From contig JBAYJB010000001.1 in NCBI GenBank assembly GCA_041665325.1, positions 61,824-125,823 on the forward strand: 64,000 bases of DNA, in the 5' to 3' direction. Below are positions 55,949 to 64,000 of this stretch, piece after piece. The number at the start of each line of letters is the position of its first letter. The stretch's first letter is position 1. Origin of the DNA: Minisyncoccota bacterium (lineage in GTDB: Bacteria > Patescibacteriota > Minisyncoccia > Phycocordibacterales > PALSA-1337). The notes beneath the pieces were generated by a model. It did no database searches. It was not told where the DNA came from and saw only the letters and a list, made by a program, of their open reading frames with translations. The position numbers and the translations under genes were made by a program.

Positions 55949-56002
55949 GCGTTCCAACTTTGTTCCAGACGGCCGGCAAATACTTCCAAGTTCGGATATA
56001 AT
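55949..56002 (+). promoter_or_regulatory. Promoter-like module R2 (duplicate of R1) with -10 TATAAT at 55997..56002; leaderless start for gene 56009
   Basis: See the R1 entry. Confidence 0.3.
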
Positions 56003-56008
56003 AAATTC

Positions 56009-56539
56009 ATGAGCAAAAAACTTCTTGGATTGTTCCTCGTCGCGGTGATCATAACGGGAGTTTTCTATGTATATAATCGCCCTCGTCAGACGAACCAGGC
56101 AGGCCTGGCATCGAGTTATAAGGATGCCGAATATATGATCGAAGATCAAAGAGTAAAGCTTGATGAGGGTATTACCGAATTTGGCAATGAGCTTTTCACC
56201 GACCTGGACGGCGATGGTCGGGAAGACATCGCATTTATCATCACCCAAGAACGCGGCGGTTCAGGCGTCTTCTTCTATGCCGTAGCCGCGCTAAATACTG
56301 ACCATGGTTATGTTGGGTCGGACGGATACCTCCTCGGTGACAGGATAGCACCACAGAGCACAAATCCTAGTCAGAATCCGCGCCATAAGTACGTTGTGGT
56401 ATTCAATTATGCCGACCGCGCTCTCGGTGAATCGATGGTCACAAATCCCTCCGTAGGCAAGAGCGCATATTTGAAGCTTGATCCTGCCAGTATGCGATGG
56501 GGAATTGTCATGCCTGATTTCGAAGGAGAGTCACGGTAG
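56009..56539 (+). CDS. Hypothetical secreted or membrane-anchored protein
   Basis: 176 aa with N-terminal TM (LLGLFLVAVIITGVFYV). Confidence 0.45.
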   Translation: MSKKLLGLFLVAVIITGVFYVYNRPRQTNQAGLASSYKDAEYMIEDQRVKLDEGITEFGNELFTDLDGDGREDIAFIITQERGGSGVFFYAVAALNTDHGYVGSDGYLLGDRIAPQSTNPSQNPRHKYVVVFNYADRALGESMVTNPSVGKSAYLKLDPASMRWGIVMPDFEGESR

Positions 56540-56562
56540 ATTTTTCGACATATGCTATCATA

Positions 56563-57411
56563 ATGATCGTGAAAACACGCGGTTTTACTCTCATAGAGCT
56601 TCTCGTGGTCATCTCCATCATTGGCATGTTGTCGGCGGTCGTGCTGGCCTCCATCCAATCAGTAAGGGATAAGGCCAGAGTTGGTGTTGGGCAGTCATTC
56701 TCCGGGCAGGTATACCGATCAACCGGCGATATGGCCGTCGGTATGTGGGATTTCAACCAGGGATCCGGTAATGCTATCGATGGATCGATATATGGGAACA
56801 ATGGGACCATGACCGCCGGAGCGACTTATAATACGATCACACCTAACGGTAGTGGATATTCCATTTTGTTCAACGGAACAACCGGGGTCATCGATGTGCC
56901 GTATTCGTCTAGACTTGCTCCCACTGGAGCTGTGACATTCAGCGCCTGGATAAGGCCCGCAAACATCACGTCTGGGCAACATATGACCATAGTCTCGAAG
57001 ACCCAGGGTGGCGGCTACCAGCTTTCGCTCAACGAACCATCCTACTGTCCGAACGCCATCTGCGCTCTAGTCCATGTAGGGGGTTATCACGCCGTATCGT
57101 ACCCACTCTCCGGTATCGCAATCAACAAGTGGTATCACATCCTCGCTACGTATGATGGTGATATTCTATCTCTCTATCTGGACGGCAAACGCGTCGCAAC
57201 CAACGCCACGCCGAGTGGATCGATATCCTATTCAGTCAACAATTCTATCTGTATCGGTGGAGAGCCGAACATAACCTGCACCGAAGGAGTCTATTTCAGC
57301 GGTCACATCGACGACGTGCGCGTATATGCCAAGGCCCTCACCGCCAGCGAAGCGGGCAAGCTGTACGCGGAGACAGCACCTAAATATATATTTGCTAGAA
57401 TATACCCATGA
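56563..57411 (+). CDS. Type IV pilin/pseudopilin with C-terminal LamG-like (concanavalin A-like) domain
   Basis: Class III signal (prepilin) motif RGFTLIELLVVISIIGMLSAVVLASI. The C-terminal LSLYLDGKRVATNATPSGSI..GHIDDVRVYAKALTASEAGKLY is LamG-like. Confidence 0.65.
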   Translation: MIVKTRGFTLIELLVVISIIGMLSAVVLASIQSVRDKARVGVGQSFSGQVYRSTGDMAVGMWDFNQGSGNAIDGSIYGNNGTMTAGATYNTITPNGSGYSILFNGTTGVIDVPYSSRLAPTGAVTFSAWIRPANITSGQHMTIVSKTQGGGYQLSLNEPSYCPNAICALVHVGGYHAVSYPLSGIAINKWYHILATYDGDILSLYLDGKRVATNATPSGSISYSVNNSICIGGEPNITCTEGVYFSGHIDDVRVYAKALTASEAGKLYAETAPKYIFARIYP

Positions 57412-58337
57412 ATAAACCACCTCTCACAATATTCGGTTTGGGAAGGATGGGCGCGCAGATCGCACGCAGACTGCACAAGAAAGGATTCGGGGTCACGGCC
57501 TGGAATCGGTCAGCGGGGCCGGCCGGCTTGGTCCGCAAGTCTGGAGTATTTGCCACTAGCGACCTAGCTGAAGCCGTGAATAAGACCGGCAGTCCGCGAA
57601 TATTCTGGGTTATGTTGCCGCACGCTATTGTAGACGATTTCATTTTTGGCAAAGATCAGCTCGGGAGATTCTTGAGGAAAGGTGACATCGTCATTGACGG
57701 TGGGAACTCTTTTTATAAGGATTCAATGCGCCGTGGTGCCAGACTGGAGAAGCGTGGCATACACTTCTTCGATTGCGGGACCTCCGGCGGTATCTGGGGA
57801 GAGAAGAATGGCTTTGCCCTGATGATCGGCGGCTCGAAAGCTAAGTGGAAGAGCGTCGAACCGATCATGAGGGCGCTCTCAGCTGGGGATAACTACGCGT
57901 ATCTGGGCCGTGCTGGCGCTGGGCACTTCACCAAGATGGTCCACAATGGCATCGAATACGGCATGATGGAGGCCATAGGCGAGGGATATGCTGTCTTGGA
58001 AGCCAGCCGCTTCGACCTCGATCTGGCCGCCGTGACCCGAGTATACCAACAGGGCTCGGTCGTGCGGAGCTGGCTCATCGACCTCTGCCGCGACATCTTC
58101 GAGCACGAGGATATCCGCTCGACATCTGGTAGAATAGACGCTACCGGCGAAGGTGAATGGACGGTCAAGGCCGGCAAGGAGCTCGGCGTGGATGTCAGAG
58201 TGATCGCCGATGCCCTCAAGGTACGCCGAGAGTCAGCTGACCCCAAGAATCAAAAGAAATTCTCAAACAAAATAGTTGCTTTATTGCGTAAGCAGTTCGG
58301 AGGACATGCAATTCATTCAAACAAAAAATCCCGATAA
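57408..58337 (+). CDS. gnd: 6-phosphogluconate dehydrogenase (decarboxylating)-like NAD(P)-binding protein, short form
   Basis: MNKPPLTIFGLGRMGAQIARRLHKKGFGVTAWNRS (Rossmann) ..GGSKAKWK..HNGIEYGMMEAIGEGY. Confidence 0.7.
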   Translation: MNKPPLTIFGLGRMGAQIARRLHKKGFGVTAWNRSAGPAGLVRKSGVFATSDLAEAVNKTGSPRIFWVMLPHAIVDDFIFGKDQLGRFLRKGDIVIDGGNSFYKDSMRRGARLEKRGIHFFDCGTSGGIWGEKNGFALMIGGSKAKWKSVEPIMRALSAGDNYAYLGRAGAGHFTKMVHNGIEYGMMEAIGEGYAVLEASRFDLDLAAVTRVYQQGSVVRSWLIDLCRDIFEHEDIRSTSGRIDATGEGEWTVKAGKELGVDVRVIADALKVRRESADPKNQKKFSNKIVALLRKQFGGHAIHSNKKSR

Positions 58338-59001
58338 GGGCATAGAAGAGATGGCCGGCCGGATGACGGCCGCGCTCCACGCTGGACGGAAAGTTTTCTG
58401 GCTCGTCTGCGGCGGCTCGAATATCCCGCTAGCTGCTTCGGCCATTACTATCATTGCTGGCGAATGTTCCGACAGAGAGCTGGCCAATCTCACCGTTGGT
58501 CAGACAGATGAACGCTACGGCCCGGTCGGACACGAGGATTCCAACTGGAGGCAGATGGCCGACAACGGCTTCACGTTCGACCATGTCGGCACTTTGTCAT
58601 TCCTGATAGGCAAGTCGCTGGCCGAGACAGCGGCGACATATTCCTTGAAGTTCGACGAGATATCTGGCGCCATTGCGGGTGCCAGGGGTCTCGTCATCGC
58701 CCAGTTCGGCGTCGGACCGGACGGGCATGTGGCCGGCATACTCCCGCACTCGCCGGCTGTCACCGATATCTCGCTCATTTCCGGCTATGAGGGCCAGCCC
58801 TACACCAGACTGACCTTGACGCCTATGGCTTTCAAGAGGATCGATGTCGCATACACATTCGTATTTGGCGATTCGAAACGGCAGGCCATCAAGAGCCTCT
58901 GCGAACAAGATCGGCCGATAGCCGAGGAGCCCTGCCAGCTCCTCAAGACCATCCCGGAATCATTCTTATACAGCGACTTGATACCGCCACATGCTGACTA
59001 A
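58306..59001 (+). CDS. pgl: 6-phosphogluconolactonase-like (NagB/Pgl fold)
   Basis: GRKVFWLVCGGSNIP..QTDERYGPVGHEDSN. Adjacent to gnd. The start is uncertain (ATG at 58306 or later). Confidence 0.55.
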   Translation: MQFIQTKNPDKGIEEMAGRMTAALHAGRKVFWLVCGGSNIPLAASAITIIAGECSDRELANLTVGQTDERYGPVGHEDSNWRQMADNGFTFDHVGTLSFLIGKSLAETAATYSLKFDEISGAIAGARGLVIAQFGVGPDGHVAGILPHSPAVTDISLISGYEGQPYTRLTLTPMAFKRIDVAYTFVFGDSKRQAIKSLCEQDRPIAEEPCQLLKTIPESFLYSDLIPPHAD

Positions 59002-59767
59002 CCTCACAGCTATCATCCTCGGCGCTGTCGAGGGTCTGACCGAATTCCTGCCGATCTCGTCGACGGCGCATCTCACGCTCACAGCGCAGATCATGGGTCT
59101 CGACCAATCCGCCTTCGTGAAGACCTTCGAGATCGCCATACAGAGCGGGGCTATCTTGGCGGTCATCGTGCTGTATTGGCGCAGATTCCTCGATGTCGCA
59201 GTCTTGAAGAGAGTGTTGGCGGCTTTCATCCCCACGGCGATCATCGGCCTCATTTTATACAAACTAGTCAAGGAATATCTGATCGGGAATATAGCCGTGA
59301 CTCTCTGGGCGCTGGCGATCGGCGGCCTTGCGCTCATCGTATTTGAAAAGTGGTTCAAAACCAAGCCGGAATCAGATATGAGCGATATTCGCAGTTTGAG
59401 TTATGGAAAATCAGCCCTGATCGGCCTCGTTCAAGCTATCTCGATTATTCCAGGCGTTTCCCGATCTGCAGCGACCATCATCGGAGGTCTTTTTTGTGGC
59501 TTGAGCAGGGAAGCAGTCGTGGAATTCTCGTTCCTCTTGGCTGTGCCGACGGTTCTGGCGGCTACCGGATTGGATCTGTTCAGGAGCGCCGGCGATTTTC
59601 ATTCTAGCGACTTCGGCTTGCTCGCCATCGGCTTCATCGCCGCCTTTGTAGCTGCAATCTTGGCAATCAAATTCCTGCTGAACTATCTCAAGAAGCACAC
59701 CTTCACCGGCTTCGGTGTCTACCGGATACTCGTCGTCCTCATCTTTGTGGTTGTCCTATACCTTTAG
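58991..59767 (+). CDS. uppP: Undecaprenyl-diphosphatase (BacA/UppP)
   Basis: ILGAVEGLTEFLPISSTAHL ... PGVSRSAATIIGGL. Confidence 0.85.
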   Translation: MLTNLTAIILGAVEGLTEFLPISSTAHLTLTAQIMGLDQSAFVKTFEIAIQSGAILAVIVLYWRRFLDVAVLKRVLAAFIPTAIIGLILYKLVKEYLIGNIAVTLWALAIGGLALIVFEKWFKTKPESDMSDIRSLSYGKSALIGLVQAISIIPGVSRSAATIIGGLFCGLSREAVVEFSFLLAVPTVLAATGLDLFRSAGDFHSSDFGLLAIGFIAAFVAAILAIKFLLNYLKKHTFTGFGVYRILVVLIFVVVLYL

Positions 59768-60559
59768 GAACTCGTCTAACGCCTGGGAAATCTCCGAAAA
59801 ATTGTTGAGGATGGTAACGTGACGTGCGCCGGGCAACGTGATCAGCCGTGATCCGTGGATCTTTCGGATGCCTTGCACGGAATTATCATATGGCACCATT
59901 GAGTCCTTAGTACCGTGGATGAGAAGGATCGGGACTTTGATATCTCCCAACTGCTTCTCGCGATCAAATCGATACAGATGTTTCAGGGTATACAGATATG
60001 GCCACAAGCCGGTATTGAACACATCTCTGGTGATGCGTCTTAGATTCCAGTCTCCGGTGTTCAAATATCGCGCATAGTCCACATGCCCACCTCTCTTATC
60101 GGATAACACGAAGAGGTTTGCGATGTTCGTGATCCATCCGATGAGAGGGAAGAATAGTCGGACCGGGCGATTCTTCCTAATATATATGTCGGGGCTCAAG
60201 AAGACCGCCGACCTCGCCCTCCCCGGATTCGAGAGCATGAATTCCAGAGCAACCGCCGCGCCGAACGAATGCGCAATCAGAACAAATGTCTCTATGGATA
60301 GGTGGCTCAACAATGCCTTCAGATCATCGGCAAACAAGCTGATGTCATAATCCTTGTATACCTTGGGCCGGAATGATTTGCCATGACCACGTAAATCGAA
60401 AGTGACAATATTGTACCTGTCGCCAAAATAATCCTCATACCGCCACCAGGCGGATGAGCTACCGGAGAGGCCGTGCACGAAGACCAGAGTCTCTCGTTCT
60501 TTCGAGAATTGATTTGTCCTGTAGTACAGACCCCTTTCTGTCAGATATGATTCGTTCAT
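59756..60559 (-). CDS. Alpha/beta-fold hydrolase
   Basis: LVFVHGLSGSSSAWW.. nucleophile elbow IAHSFGAAVA. Confidence 0.75.
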   Translation of the reverse strand: MNESYLTERGLYYRTNQFSKERETLVFVHGLSGSSSAWWRYEDYFGDRYNIVTFDLRGHGKSFRPKVYKDYDISLFADDLKALLSHLSIETFVLIAHSFGAAVALEFMLSNPGRARSAVFLSPDIYIRKNRPVRLFFPLIGWITNIANLFVLSDKRGGHVDYARYLNTGDWNLRRITRDVFNTGLWPYLYTLKHLYRFDREKQLGDIKVPILLIHGTKDSMVPYDNSVQGIRKIHGSRLITLPGARHVTILNNFSEISQALDEFLKV

Positions 60560-60562
60560 AAG

Positions 60563-61072
60563 TTATATCCGATACATCGGCCTCACAAATAGCAAAAATA
60601 TATTAGCAACTCCAAAAACAATAGCTAAGAACCAGGAAGTCAAAACCTCATAGCCGAAGAATGTTCCGCAGACAGCAATGAGACACATGAGCACGCCGGT
60701 GGCATCAATCCACGTCTTATTCTTAAGCAGCCGAGGATGATCTATGACTCTTTTTAGCAAGACATATTTGAATGTAGCCACAACGAAGACAATCGTAAGG
60801 ATTGATGTAAATAATAGGGCGTTTCGTAAGCCGTAAGCAAGCAAGGCATACAAAACAACCAGCAAGGCATCCATAAGATTTTGCACGTGATCACTCATGG
60901 GTGTTAATTGTGCAAAAAGTTTAATTGAGAAATAAGTATTTACTATAAGTATAAGAAAAAATATAGACAACGGAGTGAGAATATCAGATGTTTGCTTGGA
61001 TATCATAAGACCAACGATAAAAAAAACCGTAAATGCCGCACAGGTTAAAAAGGCCTTGAGATCAGGTTTCAT
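60563..61072 (-). CDS. Hypothetical multi-TM membrane protein (AT-rich gene within the glycosyltransferase cluster)
   Basis: 169 aa with five or six hydrophobic segments. GC is markedly lower than in the flanking genes. Confidence 0.45.
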   Translation of the reverse strand: MKPDLKAFLTCAAFTVFFIVGLMISKQTSDILTPLSIFFLILIVNTYFSIKLFAQLTPMSDHVQNLMDALLVVLYALLAYGLRNALLFTSILTIVFVVATFKYVLLKRVIDHPRLLKNKTWIDATGVLMCLIAVCGTFFGYEVLTSWFLAIVFGVANIFLLFVRPMYRI

Positions 61073-61078
61073 GATGAG

Positions 61079-61804
61079 CTATATCCTCACATCTTTATGC
61101 TTTTTGGTAAAGGGTTTGCCGAATAGGACCGGCCACAAAAAATTGAGCATGTAGACGGCGTTGGCCCTGATCAATCCCTCATCCTGGAATCGCCGGCTCG
61201 AAGTGTGCAGATAGAAATCCATACGGAATAGCACCTTGCCATGTTTGTGAATGCGACGAGCGATATCAGTGTCTTCGCCGTAGAATTCGATGCTCGTATC
61301 GAAACCTCCCATAGCGATGAGCGCATCTTTTCTGGCTACGAAATTACCGCCAAGGATCATGTAGCCGACCAGCCGATATGCCAAGGGCGCGGAGAGATAC
61401 CACAATGATTGCATGACCATGTTCTTCCAGCGGGCACCGTCGTGATAACGGTACGGCCCGCTCAAGGCGACGATATCCGGATAGCGAGACAAAGTCTTCT
61501 CCAGGGTGTCGAACCAAGATGGCTGCATCCGAGTGTCGGCGTCGATGTAGGCCAGCATATCGCCAGTCGCCGCATCGAGGCCGTATTGGCGGGCGTGCGT
61601 CAGACCCTTGCGCGCTCCATAGACCACTTTGACCGACGGATATCGCGAACACACAAGGGCTGTTCCGTCGGTGCTGGCATTATCGACCACGATAACCTCG
61701 TGGAAACGTCCTTTGGCGCTTTTCAGAGCATGTTCGAGACAAGCTCCGATATGTTTTTCCTCGTTATACGCGGGTATGACGAGACTGATCTTTGGTTTTG
61801 CCAT
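61079..61804 (-). CDS. Family 2 glycosyltransferase
   Basis: ISLVIPAYNEEKHIGACLEHAL..VIVVDNASTDGT..DADT. Confidence 0.8.
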   Translation of the reverse strand: MAKPKISLVIPAYNEEKHIGACLEHALKSAKGRFHEVIVVDNASTDGTALVCSRYPSVKVVYGARKGLTHARQYGLDAATGDMLAYIDADTRMQPSWFDTLEKTLSRYPDIVALSGPYRYHDGARWKNMVMQSLWYLSAPLAYRLVGYMILGGNFVARKDALIAMGGFDTSIEFYGEDTDIARRIHKHGKVLFRMDFYLHTSSRRFQDEGLIRANAVYMLNFLWPVLFGKPFTKKHKDVRI

Positions 61805-61814
61805 ATATTAGGGG

Positions 61815-62537
61815 CTAACGCACCACCTTCCACTCCTTGGCGTGGGCCTTATCGAAGAGTATGACCCAGACGGTATTCAGCGTCCAGTCCCAGAGGAGTT
61901 TGGTCCATCCGATCTTATGGGCCCGCCGTCCGGTGTGATACACGACCAGGGTGTGGTCATAGTAAGTCCGTCCGATCTTCGAAAGGCGCAGGAACATATC
62001 AGCGTCTTCGCGCGTGATCAGGTCTTCACGAAAACCCTTGACCCTATCGAAGGCCGTACGCGGCATGATCTGCATCTCTCCGCCCGACTCGCCGCGGTGA
62101 AGCTTGTTGTTCTGCAGCCACTTACTGAAATTGAGCACCCCGAAGAAGAACCTATCCGCTAAGGTTTCCATCTCCGGTAACACCCTGATCTTTGGCGTCA
62201 CAGCCACAATCCTTGGGTCTTTGGTGAATATGTTCAATGCTTGGGCAAAGAATTTATCAGGATCAAGAATATAGCAATCAGCATCCATAAAAGCGATAAA
62301 ATCACCGGTAGCCACGGCCGCCCCGGCATTCCTGCCCTCTGCAATATTCTGGCGCTCCGGCTTGTCGTGGACGATCACTTTGTCGGCGTATTGCCCGGCG
62401 ATCTCGGCAGTCCGATCTTTACTCTTACCATCGGAGATAATGATCTCATGTGGAAGTGTGAACTTTGATTGCAATCGCTTCAGTACGTCGGCGATGACGC
62501 TCTCTTCATTCAATGTGGGGATGATGATGGATAGCAT
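61815..62537 (-). CDS. Family 2 glycosyltransferase
   Basis: LSIIIPTLNEESVIADVL..IIISDGKSKDRT..DADCY. Confidence 0.8.
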   Translation of the reverse strand: MLSIIIPTLNEESVIADVLKRLQSKFTLPHEIIISDGKSKDRTAEIAGQYADKVIVHDKPERQNIAEGRNAGAAVATGDFIAFMDADCYILDPDKFFAQALNIFTKDPRIVAVTPKIRVLPEMETLADRFFFGVLNFSKWLQNNKLHRGESGGEMQIMPRTAFDRVKGFREDLITREDADMFLRLSKIGRTYYDHTLVVYHTGRRAHKIGWTKLLWDWTLNTVWVILFDKAHAKEWKVVR

Positions 62538-62546
62538 TATTGTATC

Positions 62547-63158
62547 TTAGGGATTGTTGGGAATAGAGATCCTCTCTACGCGCCCCTTGAGGTACAGCCA
62601 GTAGCGATAGATCGCCACAAGAGCGATGATACCACCGACCACGAGCGACACCTGTCCGTCCCATCGGTCAATCTTGATATAGGCCTCGCTAAAATAGAAC
62701 CCGGCAGCTAGAAGTGTCCCGGTCCAGATGAATTGGCCGAGTAGATTGACGAAGAGATACATCTTGAAGGGGATCCTGACCATGCCAGCGGTCATGAGCG
62801 TCACGATGGCGAAGCCGAAACCGTTGGTGATCTTCGACAGGAAGAGGACGTAGTTCTTGTAACGGTGGAAGAGTGTGGTCATGATCTCGATCTTGTGTTC
62901 GGTGATACCGAAATATTTACCGAAGCGCGCGACGAAGCGATGACCATAGATACGGCCGACATGATACCAGATGGTGTCGCCCACCAAGTCGCCGACCATG
63001 AGCGCAATATATATCGGTATATAGTGGAGATAGCCGAGACGCAAGAGCACGCCAAAAATAACCGCCAGGAGCGGTCCCTGGAGGAAGGCCAAGAAGATGA
63101 TCAGTAGGTATATGAGCAGGTTATGCTCGAGGGCGAACCCGACGATCCATTGGAGCAT
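62547..63158 (-). CDS. DedA/SNARE-associated (VTT-domain) membrane protein
   Basis: ..MVGDLVGDTIWYHVGRIYGHRFVARFGKYFGITEHKIE.. matches the DedA family pattern. Confidence 0.65.
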   Translation of the reverse strand: MLQWIVGFALEHNLLIYLLIIFLAFLQGPLLAVIFGVLLRLGYLHYIPIYIALMVGDLVGDTIWYHVGRIYGHRFVARFGKYFGITEHKIEIMTTLFHRYKNYVLFLSKITNGFGFAIVTLMTAGMVRIPFKMYLFVNLLGQFIWTGTLLAAGFYFSEAYIKIDRWDGQVSLVVGGIIALVAIYRYWLYLKGRVERISIPNNP

Positions 63159-63252
63159 GGGAGTATTCTAGCATCACTCGAAGCCAAACAAAAAGCCGCA
63201 CCCAGAGGATGCGGCTCGGAACGATGAGTGAGTGTGAGCAGGTCTGCCGATA

Positions 63253-63789
63253 TCAGGCGGCGCAGGGCATCTTGTAGCCAAGCCGGTTGTGGAGACGGCT
63301 ACGGGGGTACAGGCTCTTATCCACCTGCTTTACCGGACCATAGAGGTGGTTCTTGAGCAGGCGAGCCAACTCGCGTTCGATGGCCTTGAACTTGGCATGC
63401 ATGTTGAGGCAGAGCGCCGTGATGCCGCTGTCATCCAAGAGCTTCTTGAAATGCTTCGTCAGGGGCCTCGACGGTCCGAGCTTCACACAGAACAGGAAAG
63501 TCCGAAGCCCTTTCCTGCAGGCCATGGTCACCGAGAAGTCAGCGAGCACATGCTCAGAACGCTGAAGCCGACGAAAATAGACGATCTTGTGGTCAAGCCC
63601 GTAGGATGACGGGTATCGGCGCAGGATTTCGAGAGCACCTTCGATACGCCTCATGGCGGTTTCGATGATGCTGTAGGTAAAGTCTTTGTTCATCAGACGA
63701 TGGCGAGTTTTCATCTTTTGGGTTATATAGTTGTTGCTGTACGGGGATATACCGTCTTGTAATCTATCATTATGATATAATTTGTCCAC
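63253..63789 (-). CDS. Hypothetical protein
   Basis: 178 aa ORF, basic, no recognisable family. Confidence 0.35.
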   Translation of the reverse strand: MDKLYHNDRLQDGISPYSNNYITQKMKTRHRLMNKDFTYSIIETAMRRIEGALEILRRYPSSYGLDHKIVYFRRLQRSEHVLADFSVTMACRKGLRTFLFCVKLGPSRPLTKHFKKLLDDSGITALCLNMHAKFKAIERELARLLKNHLYGPVKQVDKSLYPRSRLHNRLGYKMPCAA

Positions 63790-63808
63790 TAACCCTTAAC
63801 ACAATCAT

Positions 63809-64000
63809 ATGAAGAAAACCCGCGTAGCGATAAACGGTTTCGGTAGGATCGGCAGAGCCTTCCTCAAGGTCGCCCGTAGCCGCCAGGAGATCGAGGTCGT
63901 GGCCGTCAATGACCTTGGTAACATCCAGAATTTCGCTTACCTGCTCAAGTATGACACGGCCTACGGCGTCAGCCCCTTCGATGTCAGCGTCAATGAGAAG
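63809..64000 (+). CDS. gap: Glyceraldehyde-3-phosphate dehydrogenase, N-terminal part (continues beyond the window)
   Basis: MKKTRVAINGFGRIGRAFLKVA..VVAVNDL is the NAD-binding signature. Confidence 0.85.
   Translation, partial: MKKTRVAINGFGRIGRAFLKVARSRQEIEVVAVNDLGNIQNFAYLLKYDTAYGVSPFDVSVNEK

Noticed and set aside
1-64000. CRISPR arrays, rRNA genes and obvious transposase or integrase genes
   Set aside because: No regularly spaced direct repeats, no rRNA-like conserved stretches, and no ORF with recognisable DDE, tyrosine or serine recombinase motifs were seen in any frame.

Overview
This window reads as about 64 kb from a compact, small-genome bacterium with Patescibacteria/CPR-like features: short SMC, DnaX and RarA, many Sec-type VirB2/TrbC-like pilin paralogs, a type IV pseudopilin-LamG fusion, near-leaderless genes, and TGA used as a stop codon. 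I did not see rRNA genes or CRISPR arrays. Housekeeping genes present are ftsZ (partial), ftsA, ybeY, rpsU, hisS, lepB, pth, rpsA, gyrA, rpmF, a nusB-Nudix fusion, rnc, smc, clpB, alr, rpmG, lexA, rarA, miaA, parB, topA, dprA, serS, an FtsQ-like gene, a DacA-like gene, dus, dnaX, gnd-like, pgl, uppP, two GT2 glycosyltransferases, a DedA protein and the start of gap. There are five tRNAs: Leu-TAG, Lys-CTT, Tyr-GTA, Trp-CCA and Gln-TTG. Signals that look accessory or novel: (1) three copies of a 111-113 bp element with a conserved 56-57 bp core enclosed by copy-specific 27-29 bp perfect or near-perfect inverted arms, with a compensatory change in the inner hairpin; (2) a mosaic, partly AT-rich region after tRNA-Trp (about 31.1-40.8 kb) in which single-gene or few-gene cassettes are bounded by three families of duplicated short sequences (a terminator module, a 3'-CDS-plus-terminator module, and a 40-bp att-like repeat derived from the 3' end of a phosphatase gene), ending in a strongly AT-rich 3-gene operon (wHTH protein, unknown-domain protein, paralogous-domain/PLD-like HxR-D nuclease fusion) driven by a consensus sigma70 promoter, which I consider a candidate undescribed defence or mobile module; (3) a tandem array of six VirB2/TrbC-like pilin paralogs with no T4SS ATPase nearby; (4) a recurring roughly 65-bp intergenic motif (GACCATAYTTTT..GTTTTGACTTAGAAATTTTTGAG..CCGGAGACAT) at three or four loci; (5) a promoter-to-terminator unit of about 100 nt with no ORF after tRNA-Gln, a candidate sRNA; (6) a free-standing LAGLIDADG endonuclease-like gene between miaA and parB. 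All calls come from reading the sequence and the ORF translations by eye. No database searches were run.
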